From contig CBDCMV010000003.1 in assembly GCA_965219135.1 (NCBI GenBank), forward strand, positions 2,176,616 to 2,240,615: a DNA stretch of 64,000 bases. Direction: 5' to 3'. The stretch is from Alphaproteobacteria bacterium. GTDB lineage: Bacteria > Pseudomonadota > Alphaproteobacteria > VGEJ01. Under the pieces are notes generated by a model. That model saw only the letters and a program-made list of their open reading frames with translations, was not told the DNA's origin and did no database searches. How positions within the stretch are numbered: the first letter of the stretch is position 1; each line of letters opens with the position of its first letter. Below are positions 9,406 through 19,074 of the stretch, piece after piece. A program made the translations under genes and the position numbers.

Positions 9406-12400
9406 GTGCGCGGCGCGCGCTCTTCCGTGCCGCCCGCGCGGCAGCCGTTGTCGCGTGCCTCAGTCTTGCCGGCGCCTTCGTCCTGCCGGCGGTGCAGGCG
9501 CATACCACGGGACAACGGGCCCCACGGCTCGGAACACACCCACTTCTACCTCTGGCACACCACCATGACGGTGGGGGAGTCCAACGATTTTCTTGGATAC
9601 TCCAAGGACGAAGGCTGGGGAGAACTCAGCACCGGCCGGGAGTTCAACTACCCACCCTGGTCCCCGCCCCACAAACATCACTTCGACCCCGACTACGAAT
9701 TCTCCGTGGGAGCGCTCTATATCGACCCTTCACTCGCGGAAGATACCCTTGTTCTCGAGATAGATGATGCCGACGGGGCCAATAATATCGACGTCGGCAA
9801 CCTCACGCTCTGGATCCGCAACACGAGCATTCCGTTGTCAGATATCGGTGGTATTAGGCGCTCCTACGGCTTTGATGTTCCCTCCGGACCCGACCTCGAC
9901 TGGAAAGAGGGCGACACGGTCAGGGTGGTGCTGTCCTACGACCGCCTGCTGCCGTCTGAGCCGAGGAACGTGAGTGTGACGGCGCCGCCGGGTGAGGGCG
10001 GGACGCTGGCGGTGAGCTGGGACGAGCCGGACGACGAGGGCACCTTCCCGATCGAGTGCTACCTCGTCGAATTCCGCCACCCGAGCGGCGATATCAAGAA
10101 ACGAAAGCAGTCCTATCCCGGCTCTCGCGGCCCCGGAAAGGGATGCGGCGACAGCCCCCCGACCAGCGTGAAGCGCACGGACCTCGAACCGGGCGTCAGA
10201 TACGAGGTCCTGGTGCAGGCGTTGAGCGGCGACGGCTTCAGCGAGTGGTCGGACATGAAGACGGCCCCCCGCACCAACCGGGGAAGGGCGTTGGGGGCGC
10301 GCTTCGTCTCGCCGCCGGAGCGCCACGACGGCGAGAAGCGGATCAAGGTCCGGGTGGAGTTCAGCGAGGCGCCTGAGAACGTGGGCGCGGACGGCGTGGA
10401 GGTCGAGGGCGGCGCGGTGACGTCGGTGAGCCCGGTGGGCGGCGATGCGCCGGACGGCGCGGAGACCCGCTCGATCGGCAACCGCGATGCCGGCCGGCAG
10501 GACCGGGAGGTGGTGTGGGAGATCGAGATAGAGCCGGACTCGGACGGCGACGTGACGGTGAGCCTGGACGCGGGACGCCCATGCGACGAGGAAGGGGCGA
10601 TCTGCACCGCGGACGGGCGGACGCTGTCGGAGGGGATCTCGACCACGGTCGAGGGTCCGGAGGAGGGTCCGCCGCCGCTGACGGCGAGTTTCACGGGTCT
10701 CCCGGAGACGCATGACGGGGAGAGCGCGTTCACGTTCAGGATCGCGTTCAGCGAGCGGGTCGGCTGGATGAACGGCCGGCGGTTGCGCGAGAACGTGGTG
10801 GCGGTGGCCGGGGGCCGGGCGACGTCGGCCGGCCGGGTGAACCGGCGCCGGGACCTGTGGCAGGTGACGGTCGAGCCGGACTCGCCGGCGGACGTGACGG
10901 TGACGCTCAGCGCCGGGGCGGCCTGCCGCACCCCGGCGGCGGTGTGCACGTCGGACGGCCGCGCGCTGTCGAACAGCATCTCGGGGACGGTGCGGACGGT
11001 GCGGGGTCCTGTGGCGCTCTCGGTGGCGGACGCGCGGGCCGAGGAAGGCATCGACGAGACCATCGACTTCGCGGTGACGCTGAGCCGGGCGGCATCCGGC
11101 ACGGTGGCGGTGGCCTATGCGACCGCCGACGGGACGGCGACCGCGGGCGAGGACTACACGGCGCGGAAGGGCCAGCTGACCTTCGATCCGGGCGAGACGG
11201 AGAAGACGGTGCGTGTGCCGGTGCTGGACGACGCGATCGACGAGGGCGAGGAGACCTTCACGCTGCGGCTCACGAACGCCTCGGGGGCGGCGATCGCCGA
11301 CGGCGAGGCGACAGGCACGATCGAGAACTCCGATCCGCTCCAGAAGATGTGGCTCTCGCGCTTCGGGCGCACGGTGGCGGACCATGTGGTGGACGCGGTG
11401 GCCGGACGGCTGTCCGCTCCGCTCGCGGGTGCGCAGGTAACGCTGGCCGGGCAGAGCGTCGATCTCTCTCGGACCGGCGATAGCGCGGTTCTCGTGGACG
11501 CGATGACCGGCCTCGCCCGGGCCTTTGGGGCGCCGGCCGGTCCCGCGCCGACCGACCGGACCGCGCTGGACGCAGGGCCGGACCGGCAAGGCGGCGCCTG
11601 GGATAGCCCGGCTGCTGGCGGCAGCTCGCCTGCCCGCTCCGTGACGGGCCGCGATCTGCTGCTCGGGAGCTCGTTCCACCTGGCCTTGGACGGCGAGGGC
11701 GACGGCGGCGGTCCGGGCCTTACGGCCTGGGGCCGGGTGACGGTGGGCGGTTTCGACGGCCAGGGTGAAGCCGAGACGGGCGCCATGCGCATGGACGGAG
11801 AGGTCATCACCGGCATCCTCGGCGCGGATGCGCAACGGGGCCGCTGGCTCGCGGGTCTCGCGTTCTCGGTGAGCGAGGGCGAGGGCACCTTCGAGCAGCC
11901 GGAGGCGGGCAACCGCGGGACGGTCGAGAGCAACCTGACGAGCGTGAACCCCTATCTGCGTTTCGAGGCGAGCGAGCGGCTCTCTACCTGGGGGCTTCTC
12001 GGCTTCGGCACAGGCGAGATGACGATGACCGAGGCGGCCCGGGGCGAGCGCGGCGAGACCGTGAGCCGGACCGACATCGAGATGCGCCTCGCCGCCGTTG
12101 GCGCGCGTGGCGCGCTGCTTGATCCGGGAACCTCGGGCGGCTTCGACCTCGCGGTCAAGGCGGACGCGTTCCTGGTCGAGACGGAATGGGAGAAGGTCTC
12201 GAACGAGACGGATACGCAGGCTGGCGCAAGCCGGGTGCGGCTGGTCCTCGAAGGCTCGCGGGCGTTCGAGCTGGGCGGGAGCGCAAAGCTGACGCCAGGG
12301 CTGGAGCTCGGGCTTCGCCATGACGGCGGTGACGCGGAGACTGGGACCGGCGTCGAGGTCGGCGGCAGCGTTGGCTACGCCGACGCGGCATCGGGCCTCT

Positions 12401-12852
12401 CCGTCGAGGCGCGCGCGCGGACGCTCATCGCGCACGAGGCCTCGGGCTTCGAGGAGTGGGGGGCGAGCGCCTCGGTGCGCCTCGACCACGGCGCCGAGGG
12501 CCGCGGGCTCTCGTTCAGCCTCGCTCCCACCCTGGGGGCGTCGTCGAGCGGGGTGGACCGGCTGTGGTCGCTCCAGGACGCGCGCGGCCTCGCGCCGGAG
12601 GGCGAGTTCGAGGCAGCGCGGAGCCTGGAGGCGCATGTCGGCTACGGGCTCGGCGCCTTCGGCGACCGCGGTCTCGCGAAGCCCTATGCGGGCCTTTCGC
12701 TTGGCGAGGGCGGGGCGCGCACCTGGCGCGGGGGCGTGCGCTGGACGCTCGGGCGGAGCCTCGACCTCGGTTTCGAGGGCAGGCGCAACGAGGCCGCCAA
12801 CGACAACGATCCGGAACACGGCATCGGTTTCAGGTTGAAGACTCGGTGGTAG
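9406..12852 (+). CDS. Autotransporter outer-membrane protein. The passenger has an FN3 domain, internal repeats and a Calx-beta domain; the C-terminus is a beta-barrel translocator. The N-terminus is out of frame with its signal peptide.
   Basis: FN3: 'PRNVSVTAPPGEGGTLAVSWDEPDDEGTFPIECYLVEFRH...YEVLVQALSGDGFSEWS'. Calx-beta: 'VAYATADGTATAGEDYTARKGQLTFDPGETEKTVRVPVLDDAIDEGEETFTLRL'. The C-terminal ~300 aa are Gly-rich alternating beta and end '...GIGFRLKTRW'. The in-frame N-terminus lacks a signal peptide. Confidence 0.7.
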   Translation: MRGARSSVPPARQPLSRASVLPAPSSCRRCRRIPRDNGPHGSEHTHFYLWHTTMTVGESNDFLGYSKDEGWGELSTGREFNYPPWSPPHKHHFDPDYEFSVGALYIDPSLAEDTLVLEIDDADGANNIDVGNLTLWIRNTSIPLSDIGGIRRSYGFDVPSGPDLDWKEGDTVRVVLSYDRLLPSEPRNVSVTAPPGEGGTLAVSWDEPDDEGTFPIECYLVEFRHPSGDIKKRKQSYPGSRGPGKGCGDSPPTSVKRTDLEPGVRYEVLVQALSGDGFSEWSDMKTAPRTNRGRALGARFVSPPERHDGEKRIKVRVEFSEAPENVGADGVEVEGGAVTSVSPVGGDAPDGAETRSIGNRDAGRQDREVVWEIEIEPDSDGDVTVSLDAGRPCDEEGAICTADGRTLSEGISTTVEGPEEGPPPLTASFTGLPETHDGESAFTFRIAFSERVGWMNGRRLRENVVAVAGGRATSAGRVNRRRDLWQVTVEPDSPADVTVTLSAGAACRTPAAVCTSDGRALSNSISGTVRTVRGPVALSVADARAEEGIDETIDFAVTLSRAASGTVAVAYATADGTATAGEDYTARKGQLTFDPGETEKTVRVPVLDDAIDEGEETFTLRLTNASGAAIADGEATGTIENSDPLQKMWLSRFGRTVADHVVDAVAGRLSAPLAGAQVTLAGQSVDLSRTGDSAVLVDAMTGLARAFGAPAGPAPTDRTALDAGPDRQGGAWDSPAAGGSSPARSVTGRDLLLGSSFHLALDGEGDGGGPGLTAWGRVTVGGFDGQGEAETGAMRMDGEVITGILGADAQRGRWLAGLAFSVSEGEGTFEQPEAGNRGTVESNLTSVNPYLRFEASERLSTWGLLGFGTGEMTMTEAARGERGETVSRTDIEMRLAAVGARGALLDPGTSGGFDLAVKADAFLVETEWEKVSNETDTQAGASRVRLVLEGSRAFELGGSAKLTPGLELGLRHDGGDAETGTGVEVGGSVGYADAASGLSVEARARTLIAHEASGFEEWGASASVRLDHGAEGRGLSFSLAPTLGASSSGVDRLWSLQDARGLAPEGEFEAARSLEAHVGYGLGAFGDRGLAKPYAGLSLGEGGARTWRGGVRWTLGRSLDLGFEGRRNEAANDNDPEHGIGFRLKTRW

Positions 12853-13121
12853 GCGCTCGGGTCCGGGGACGGTAGCGGGGCGCCGGTGCGCATGACAGCG
12901 CCGGCGCGTCGGAGGGACCCGGGGAGGATGCCGCCGTGTCCACCCCACCATGCGCGGGCCGGGCCTCGAACTTCAATCCGATCGATCCCGCATTGGGCGG
13001 GGCAACGCCATGGCGCCGGGGCATGGGGGACACACCAGGACGGCCCCCGCCCGCCGCCGGGGCGATATCCGGCATGGGCGGCCCGGCCGGCCCTGTCGAC
13101 CGCCGGCGAAGGGAGCCGGCG

Positions 13122-13700
13122 ATGAGCGGCAGGAGGGCGACCGCCCGTCCGGTCAGCGCCTGGCGGTTCTTGAGACGCAACCCCGAATATGTCGAGGCGT
13201 GGCGCGCCGTGGCGGCCAGGCTGCCCAGCCAGCCGGGCCGGAACTTCCGGGTGCGCGCGCAGACGGACGAGGATCTCGAGGCCGCCGCGTGGGGTCTGCT
13301 TGCCTGGGAGGACCCGCTGGACGAGGAAGGGCCGGCCTCGCCGTTCTGGGCGGAGGCGCCGATGCTCAATGCTGAAGCCGCGCCGCGGGGCGTGCCGCCG
13401 CTGGCGAAGATGATCGAGGAGGCGGGCGCCCGCCTCGCCGGGCTGCGCCTGGCGGACGGCGCCCTGGTCCTGAAGATCGAGCGGGGCGACGCCGCGGCGC
13501 AGGTGCGGGTCGCCCATGCCGAGGCCTTCGATCCCGCGGCCGGCCTGGTTCTGCGGCTGGCCTTTGGCCTCGAACTGCCGGTGGCGCTGGCCCGCGTGCG
13601 CGATCTGTGGGCGATCGTGGACGCGGGCGGGAGGAAGGGCGGCGGTCCGTCCCCCGGGCCAGGGAGGGCGAGCTCCTGCTCGCCCTCGACGGGAAGCTAG
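13122..13700 (+). CDS. FseA-like ICE transfer activator, N-terminal part (DUF6499-like 'WRFLRRNPEY' region)
   Basis: ATG at 13122 with AAGGGAG RBS. 'MSGRRATARPVSAWRFLRRNPEYVEAWRA...'. The frame degenerates into low complexity after 'DLWAIVDAGGRK'. A downstream ORF in another frame continues protein-like sequence. Confidence 0.5.
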   Translation: MSGRRATARPVSAWRFLRRNPEYVEAWRAVAARLPSQPGRNFRVRAQTDEDLEAAAWGLLAWEDPLDEEGPASPFWAEAPMLNAEAAPRGVPPLAKMIEEAGARLAGLRLADGALVLKIERGDAAAQVRVAHAEAFDPAAGLVLRLAFGLELPVALARVRDLWAIVDAGGRKGGGPSPGPGRASSCSPSTGS

Positions 13701-13861
13701 CCGGCAAGACCCACCGCCTGATTGCCATCGATCTCTACGGCGCGTCCCGGGTGGCGGAGGAGTGGGCCGCCGGCGGCCCGGTGCGTTCCCTGGTGGGCCG
13801 CCGCATCAAGCGGTCCATGCACGTCATGGACGGCGGCTACCGCAAGCTCGTGACCGGTTGA
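13607..13861 (+). CDS. FseA-like activator, C-terminal part (DUF2285-like), in the -1 frame relative to 13122-13700
   Basis: Protein-like from about 13660: 'GELLLALDGKLAGKTHRLIAIDLYGASRVAEEWAAGGPVRSLVGRRIKRSMHVMDGGYRKLVTG'. Its frame is open from 13376. Confidence 0.45.
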   Translation: MGDRGRGREEGRRSVPRAREGELLLALDGKLAGKTHRLIAIDLYGASRVAEEWAAGGPVRSLVGRRIKRSMHVMDGGYRKLVTG

Positions 13862-13996
13862 CGGAAGGCGCCGATCCCTCGCACGGGGAGCGTCGCACCC
13901 GGACGGGGGGTCGTTTCTGGGAATCTCAGAATCGACTCTGCCGGCAACAGCCCCGGCCTGCTTCACTGGCCTCCCGCCCCCTGCCGGGAGACCGTC

Positions 13997-14293
13997 ATGA
14001 CCGACCCCGCGCCCCGTTATTTGGACACGAGTCAGGCCGCCCGCTATCTCGGCATCAGTCCCAAGACGCTCATGCGGATGCGGGTCCCGGAGTTGGGCGA
14101 TATCGGCCTTCTTGAACTTTTCGAATTCCGGGGCCGTTTCGGCCTCGGCATCGAGCGTGACCTCCATTTCCGGCCCAAGCACCGGATTTCCACATACGCC
14201 GAGGCCGCGAGCGCCGCCGGCCGCATCGTCGAATTCGGACCCGAACTCGACGCCGCCGCCCGCATACGAACCGAGGCCGAAGCCCCCGCCTGA
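13997..14293 (+). CDS. Excisionase-like / MerR-AlpA-type helix-turn-helix DNA-binding protein
   Basis: 'YLDTSQAARYLGISPKTLMRMR' HTH. GGGAGA RBS. 98 aa. Confidence 0.55.
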   Translation: MTDPAPRYLDTSQAARYLGISPKTLMRMRVPELGDIGLLELFEFRGRFGLGIERDLHFRPKHRISTYAEAASAAGRIVEFGPELDAAARIRTEAEAPA

Positions 14294-14306
14294 TCGCCCT
14301 CCGGCA

Positions 14307-14349
14307 ACGCCCCGTCCCGGCTTCTCCGGGGCGGGACGTTCTTTAGGCT
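14307..14349 (+). terminator. Rho-independent terminator candidate after the HTH gene
   Basis: GC-rich imperfect hairpin CCCCGTCCCGG-cttctc-CGGGGCGGGACG followed by TTCTTT. Confidence 0.45.
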
Positions 14350-14523
14350 ACCCCGCCGAAGCTGCTGTTATGGCTGCTGCATGTAACCCCGCCCACCATC
14401 GCCGTCCACCGTAAGGAGGACGGGCCGCGGCTTCCGGGCTGGCCGGACGGAGCGGTGCGGGAGTGACAGCCCCGCGCCGCTCCGGTCCCGCCGTTCACGC
14501 ATCCCTATCATTGGAGCCTGCAC

Positions 14524-17500
14524 ATGCTCGACGCCCATCCGGCGCCGGCCGCGCCCGTGCGCGCGCCCGCCGCCTCCGTCCCCACGGCCACTACCGCATA
14601 TCTCTGCGGCCCGCAACACGAGCCCCGTTCCAAGCCCGCCGCGCTATTGGCCACCGCCCGTACCCTGCTGCCGGTCCTGGAGGCCGGCCGCGCGCTCGAT
14701 GTCCACGCGTTGCGCGAGGCCATGAGCGATGCCTTCGGGGCCACCGACGCCCAGGGCGCCTGGGTCTGGAAGGACGCCTACGAGGCGGCCGAAGCCGCGC
14801 TCGTGCTCTTCCTCCAACGTTACGGCCGCGCCATGCGCCGCGAGGCCGGCCCGGATACCGGCGGCCCCGCCGCCATGCTTGGCATGCTGGAGACTATCGC
14901 TGCCCTGGAGCCCTCTCAGACGCGGCGTTCCGAGGAGCAGATCGCGCTACAGCAGTTCTCGACGCCGCTGCCGCTCGCCTACGCCGCCCTCCAAGCCGCA
15001 GCCATCCGTCCCGGCGATGTCGTGCTCGAACCCTCCGCCGGCACCGGCATGCTCGCGGTGATGGCCGCGTGCGCGCTCGGCAATGGTTCCGCCGGCTCCC
15101 TCCACCTGAACGAGATCGCCGCCACCCGCGCCGGGCTCTTGTCCGGCCTGTTCCCCGGCGCGGCCGTCACTCGCCACAACGCCGAATCCTTGCGCGACCG
15201 CCTGCCGGCGCTCCGTCCCAGCGTGGTCCTGATGAACCCGCCGTTCTCGGCAAGCCCCGGCGTTGACCGCGCCAGCAAGGACGCCGACCTGCGCCATATT
15301 CGCTCGGCCTTCTCGATGCTTCCGCCGGGCGGGCGGCTGGTGACCATCTCGTCCGCCCACTGCGCACCCGGCGACGCCGCCTGGAAGGATGCTTTCGCAT
15401 CCCACGATTTGGCGGCCCGCGTGGTGTTCTCCGCCGCGATCGACGGGCGTGTCTACGCGCGCCGCGGCACCACCTTCGACACCAGACTCACCGTGCTCGA
15501 CAGAGGCGGGGACGAACGGGGCCCGATCGATCCGCTCGCCCGCATCGCGGACACCGCCCAACTGCTCAAGGCCGTCGCCGCCGCGGTGCCCGCCCGTCTG
15601 CCCGTCGAGCCGGTGCAGGCCGTTCCGGTTCGTGCCGCCGATCTGTTCGGCAATGCACCGGCACCCCGCCGGGTATCCGCCAAGCGTGCCGGGACGGCCC
15701 CCTCCGCGCCGCAGCCCCATGACTGGGGCCCCATCGCCGAGCTCGAATACGAAGCCGGCCGGCCCGCTGGGGACTCCGCCGATAACGCGCACGCCTCCGG
15801 CCCATACGAGCCCTGGCGAGCGGGCACCATCGGTTTCCCCGGCGCGGTCGAGCATCCCACCCCGCTGGTGCAGTCCGGCGCCATGGCGGCGGTGCCGCAC
15901 CCGGCGCCTTCGTACCATCCCATGCTTCCCACGCGGATCCTGACCGACGGGCTCCTGTCCGATGCCCAGCTCGAGAGCGTCGTCCTCGCCGGACAGGCAC
16001 ACGAACGCCACCTCGCCGCGCTCTACCGCATCGGCGCCGGATGGGAGACCGTGCACCGCGTCGACGGCGAGAACGATGACGGCAATGACGCCAACAACGA
16101 TCATGACGCCGTTCATGCGCATCCCGACAACGGCGGCGATAGCGCAGGCGACAACGAGCCGCTGTCGAACCCGGTGCGCTTCCGGCACGGCTGGATGCTG
16201 GGCGACGGCACCGGCTGCGGCAAGGGCAGGCAGGTCGCTGCCATCGTCCTCGACCAGTTGCTACGGGGGCGAAAACGGGCGCTCTGGCTCAGCCAGTCCG
16301 ACAAGCTGCTTGAGGACACGCGCCGGGACTGGACCGCAATCGGCGGCCGCGATGATGATGTGATCCCGTTGGCCAAGGTCCGCCAGGGGGCCGCCATCCC
16401 CCAGGCGCAAGGCATCCTCTTTGCCACCTATGCCACGCTGCGCTCGCCGGCCCGGCAGGGGAAGCAATCGCGCCTCGACCAGATCGTCGCCTGGCTCGCC
16501 GGGAGTGCCGACGAAAACGACCCCCACGCCTTCTCGGGCGTCATCGTCTTCGACGAGGCGCATGCCATGGCCAACGCCGCCGGGTCCAAGGGCTCACGCG
16601 GCGACGCCGCGCCCTCGCAGCAGGGACGCGCCGGTCTGCGCCTGCAGAACGCACTCCCCGACGCCCGCGTCCTCTACGTCTCCGCTACCGGCGCCACCAC
16701 CGTCCCCGGCCTTGCCTACGCAAGGCGCCTCGGCCTCTGGGCTTCCGGCGAGACCCCGTTCGAGGAACGCGCGGCGTTCGTCGCGGCCATGGAGGCCGGC
16801 GGTGTCGCGGCAATGGAAGTGGTTGCCCGCGACCTCAAGGCCCTCGGCCTCTATCAAGCCCGCGCGCTATCCTACGACGGGGTGGACGTCGACATCCTGG
16901 AGCACCCGCTCAGCCACGAGCAGCGCCGCATCTACGACGCCTATGCCGGAGCGTTCAAGATCATCCATGCCAACATCCAGGAGGCGTTGAAGGCCACCGG
17001 CATCGTGGAGGGGGGCAACACCCTCAATCGCAATGCCAAGTCCGCCGCGCTCAGCGCATTCGAGGGCGCCAAGCAGCGCTTCTTCGGCCATCTGTTGACC
17101 AGCATGAAGTGCCCTTCGCTGATCGCCGCCATGGAAGCGGACCTGGAAGCGGAGCGGTCGCCCGTTGTGCAGCTCGTCTCGACCGGCGAAGCGCTGATGG
17201 AGCGCAGGATCGCCGAGATTCCAGCCTCGGAATGGGACGATCTCAGCATCGACCTGACCCCGCGGGAGTATGTACTGGATTTTCTCGCCCACGCCTTTCC
17301 GGTGCAGTTGCAGGAGCCCTTCACCGACGACGACGGCAACGTCATGTCGCGGCCCGTGTTCGACGACGATGGCAACCCGGTGCTCTGCCAGGAAGCCGTG
17401 GCCAAGCGCGACGCGCTCATTCAGAAGCTCGGTTCCCTACCGCCGGTACAGTCTGCGCTCGACCAGATCGTCCACCGCTTCGGACACGATGCCGTCGCCG

Positions 17501-18744
17501 AGGTCACCGGGCGCTCGCGCCGGGTGCTCAAGATTACGGACGCCAGGGGCGAGCGCCTGGCGCTGCGCTCCCGTCCCGCCTCAGCCAACCTCGCCGAGAC
17601 CGCCGCCTTCATGGATGGCAGCAAACGCATCCTGGTGTTCTCGATGGCCGGCGGCACCGGGCGCAGCTACCACGCCGACCTCGGTTGCGCCAACACCGCG
17701 CGCCGCGTCCACTATCTGCTGGAACCGGGCTGGCGGGCCGACCAGGCAATCCAGGGCCTTGGCCGGACCCACCGCACACACCAGGCCTCGGCGCCGCTGT
17801 TCCGCCCGGTCGCTACCGACGTGAAGGGCGAGCGCCGCTTCATCGCCACCATCGCCAGAAGGCTCGATTCCCTCGGCGCCATCACGCGCGGCCAGCGCGA
17901 CTCACAGACCGCCATGGGCGGCGATGACACCGCGTTGTTCCGGGCCAGCGACAATCTCGAGAGCCTCTACGCCAAGTCGGCGCTGCGGCAGTTCTACATC
18001 GCGCTCTGGCGCGGCCACATCGAAGGCTGGTCGCTCGACCGCTTCGAGGAGGCCACCGGACTGAAGCTCACTTGGGAGGGCAGTCTCAAGGAGGACCTGC
18101 CGCCGATGCCGAAGTTTCTCAACCGGCTGCTTGCGCTTCCAATTGCCGAGCAGAACGCGCTGTTCGCCGCGCTTGAGGCCCGCATCGAGGCCAATATCGA
18201 ACACGCCGTCGAGGCCGGCACCTTCGAGCGGGGTGTCGAGACCATCGCCGCCGACTCGCTCTCCGCCGGCGCGCGCGAGACGGTGTTCGTCCACGAGGCC
18301 TCCGGCGCCGAGACCGAGCTCCTCGAAGTCCTGCGACGCGACAGGCTCGAGCCGCTTACCGCCGACGCGGCGCTCAAGCTTCATCCCGAGGCCTCCGACC
18401 GCAAGCCCCGGCTCATGGTGAACGGCCAGTCGAAGCGCGCCGCCCTGGTGCGGCCCGCATCGTCCCGCATGTTCGACGACGGCGGGGTGCAGGAGCGCGT
18501 CCGCCTGATCCGCCCCGCTGCCCGGGACACCATGGCCCGGGACGCGCTCGACGCCTCCCAATGGCGGGATGCCGATGAGGACCGCTGGCGCGCCTTCTGG
18601 GAGGCCGAGGTCGCGGAGCTGCCGTCGCACACGGAGTCCCGCTTCTGGCTGGTCGCCGGCCTGCTGCTACCGATCTGGGACCGCCTGCCCGACGAGAGCA
18701 TGCGGGTGCGCCGCCTCGTGACGGACAATGGCGAACGACGCTGA
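14524..18744 (+). CDS. Fused N6-adenine methyltransferase / SNF2-like (strawberry-notch type) helicase of the kind found in ICEs and plasmids
   Basis: N-terminal MTase motifs 'VVLEPSAGTGMLAVMAA' and 'VVLMNPPFSASPG'. Helicase Walker A 'GDGTGCGKGRQVAAIV', DExH 'IVFDEAHAMAN' and a C-terminal helicase domain. 1406 aa. Confidence 0.8.
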   Translation: MLDAHPAPAAPVRAPAASVPTATTAYLCGPQHEPRSKPAALLATARTLLPVLEAGRALDVHALREAMSDAFGATDAQGAWVWKDAYEAAEAALVLFLQRYGRAMRREAGPDTGGPAAMLGMLETIAALEPSQTRRSEEQIALQQFSTPLPLAYAALQAAAIRPGDVVLEPSAGTGMLAVMAACALGNGSAGSLHLNEIAATRAGLLSGLFPGAAVTRHNAESLRDRLPALRPSVVLMNPPFSASPGVDRASKDADLRHIRSAFSMLPPGGRLVTISSAHCAPGDAAWKDAFASHDLAARVVFSAAIDGRVYARRGTTFDTRLTVLDRGGDERGPIDPLARIADTAQLLKAVAAAVPARLPVEPVQAVPVRAADLFGNAPAPRRVSAKRAGTAPSAPQPHDWGPIAELEYEAGRPAGDSADNAHASGPYEPWRAGTIGFPGAVEHPTPLVQSGAMAAVPHPAPSYHPMLPTRILTDGLLSDAQLESVVLAGQAHERHLAALYRIGAGWETVHRVDGENDDGNDANNDHDAVHAHPDNGGDSAGDNEPLSNPVRFRHGWMLGDGTGCGKGRQVAAIVLDQLLRGRKRALWLSQSDKLLEDTRRDWTAIGGRDDDVIPLAKVRQGAAIPQAQGILFATYATLRSPARQGKQSRLDQIVAWLAGSADENDPHAFSGVIVFDEAHAMANAAGSKGSRGDAAPSQQGRAGLRLQNALPDARVLYVSATGATTVPGLAYARRLGLWASGETPFEERAAFVAAMEAGGVAAMEVVARDLKALGLYQARALSYDGVDVDILEHPLSHEQRRIYDAYAGAFKIIHANIQEALKATGIVEGGNTLNRNAKSAALSAFEGAKQRFFGHLLTSMKCPSLIAAMEADLEAERSPVVQLVSTGEALMERRIAEIPASEWDDLSIDLTPREYVLDFLAHAFPVQLQEPFTDDDGNVMSRPVFDDDGNPVLCQEAVAKRDALIQKLGSLPPVQSALDQIVHRFGHDAVAEVTGRSRRVLKITDARGERLALRSRPASANLAETAAFMDGSKRILVFSMAGGTGRSYHADLGCANTARRVHYLLEPGWRADQAIQGLGRTHRTHQASAPLFRPVATDVKGERRFIATIARRLDSLGAITRGQRDSQTAMGGDDTALFRASDNLESLYAKSALRQFYIALWRGHIEGWSLDRFEEATGLKLTWEGSLKEDLPPMPKFLNRLLALPIAEQNALFAALEARIEANIEHAVEAGTFERGVETIAADSLSAGARETVFVHEASGAETELLEVLRRDRLEPLTADAALKLHPEASDRKPRLMVNGQSKRAALVRPASSRMFDDGGVQERVRLIRPAARDTMARDALDASQWRDADEDRWRAFWEAEVAELPSHTESRFWLVAGLLLPIWDRLPDESMRVRRLVTDNGERR

Positions 18745-18925
18745 GGCGTGGCCGGGATTGAGCGTCGAGCAGGCCTACGGCCGCCTGCCGGAACCCGAGA
18801 ACGGCGACGGGAACGACAGCCCTACTTCCGGGGCCGGCGGCAGCGCGGCAGGCGCGCAATCCGCTGCCGGCGACGAGGATCCGTCCGACAACGACCATCC
18901 GCAAGCCGAGGGCGATCTCCGCCTC
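18745..18925. repeat. Inverted partial duplicate of an internal segment of the vWA/DUF2201 gene (partner 23130-23310)
   Basis: Encodes 'AWPGLSVEQAYGRLPEPENGDGNDSPTSGAGGSAAGAQSAAGDEDPSDNDHPQAEGD'. The intact gene has 'AWDGLSVEQAYDRLPESENSDGNDSPTSEAGSNAAGAQSATGANNPSDNGHPQDEGD' on the opposite strand. Roughly 85% nucleotide identity. Confidence 0.8.
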
Positions 18926-19074
18926 TCGGCGGTGCCGGATCGACGGCCGGTGCGCGAAGCGCGCGCCGCGCCGTGCGGCCGGATACGGCTCGGGTCGGAT
19001 TACAGAAAAATAGGCCGGCCCCGTGCCGGTCATCGGCGCGGGAGCGGCCCCGTTGAAGATAAGGAGGAAGCGGA

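Noticed and set aside
9838-12951. 1037-aa ORF on the minus strand, antisense to the autotransporter
   Set aside because: Arg/Pro/Ala-rich low-complexity translation typical of the antisense frame of high-GC coding DNA. The sense strand carries clear FN3, Calx-beta and beta-barrel domains.
14947-18630. Several 120-410-aa minus-strand and off-frame ORFs inside the methyltransferase/helicase gene
   Set aside because: All overlap a gene with unambiguous Walker, DExH and NPPF motifs. Their translations are low-complexity high-GC artefacts.
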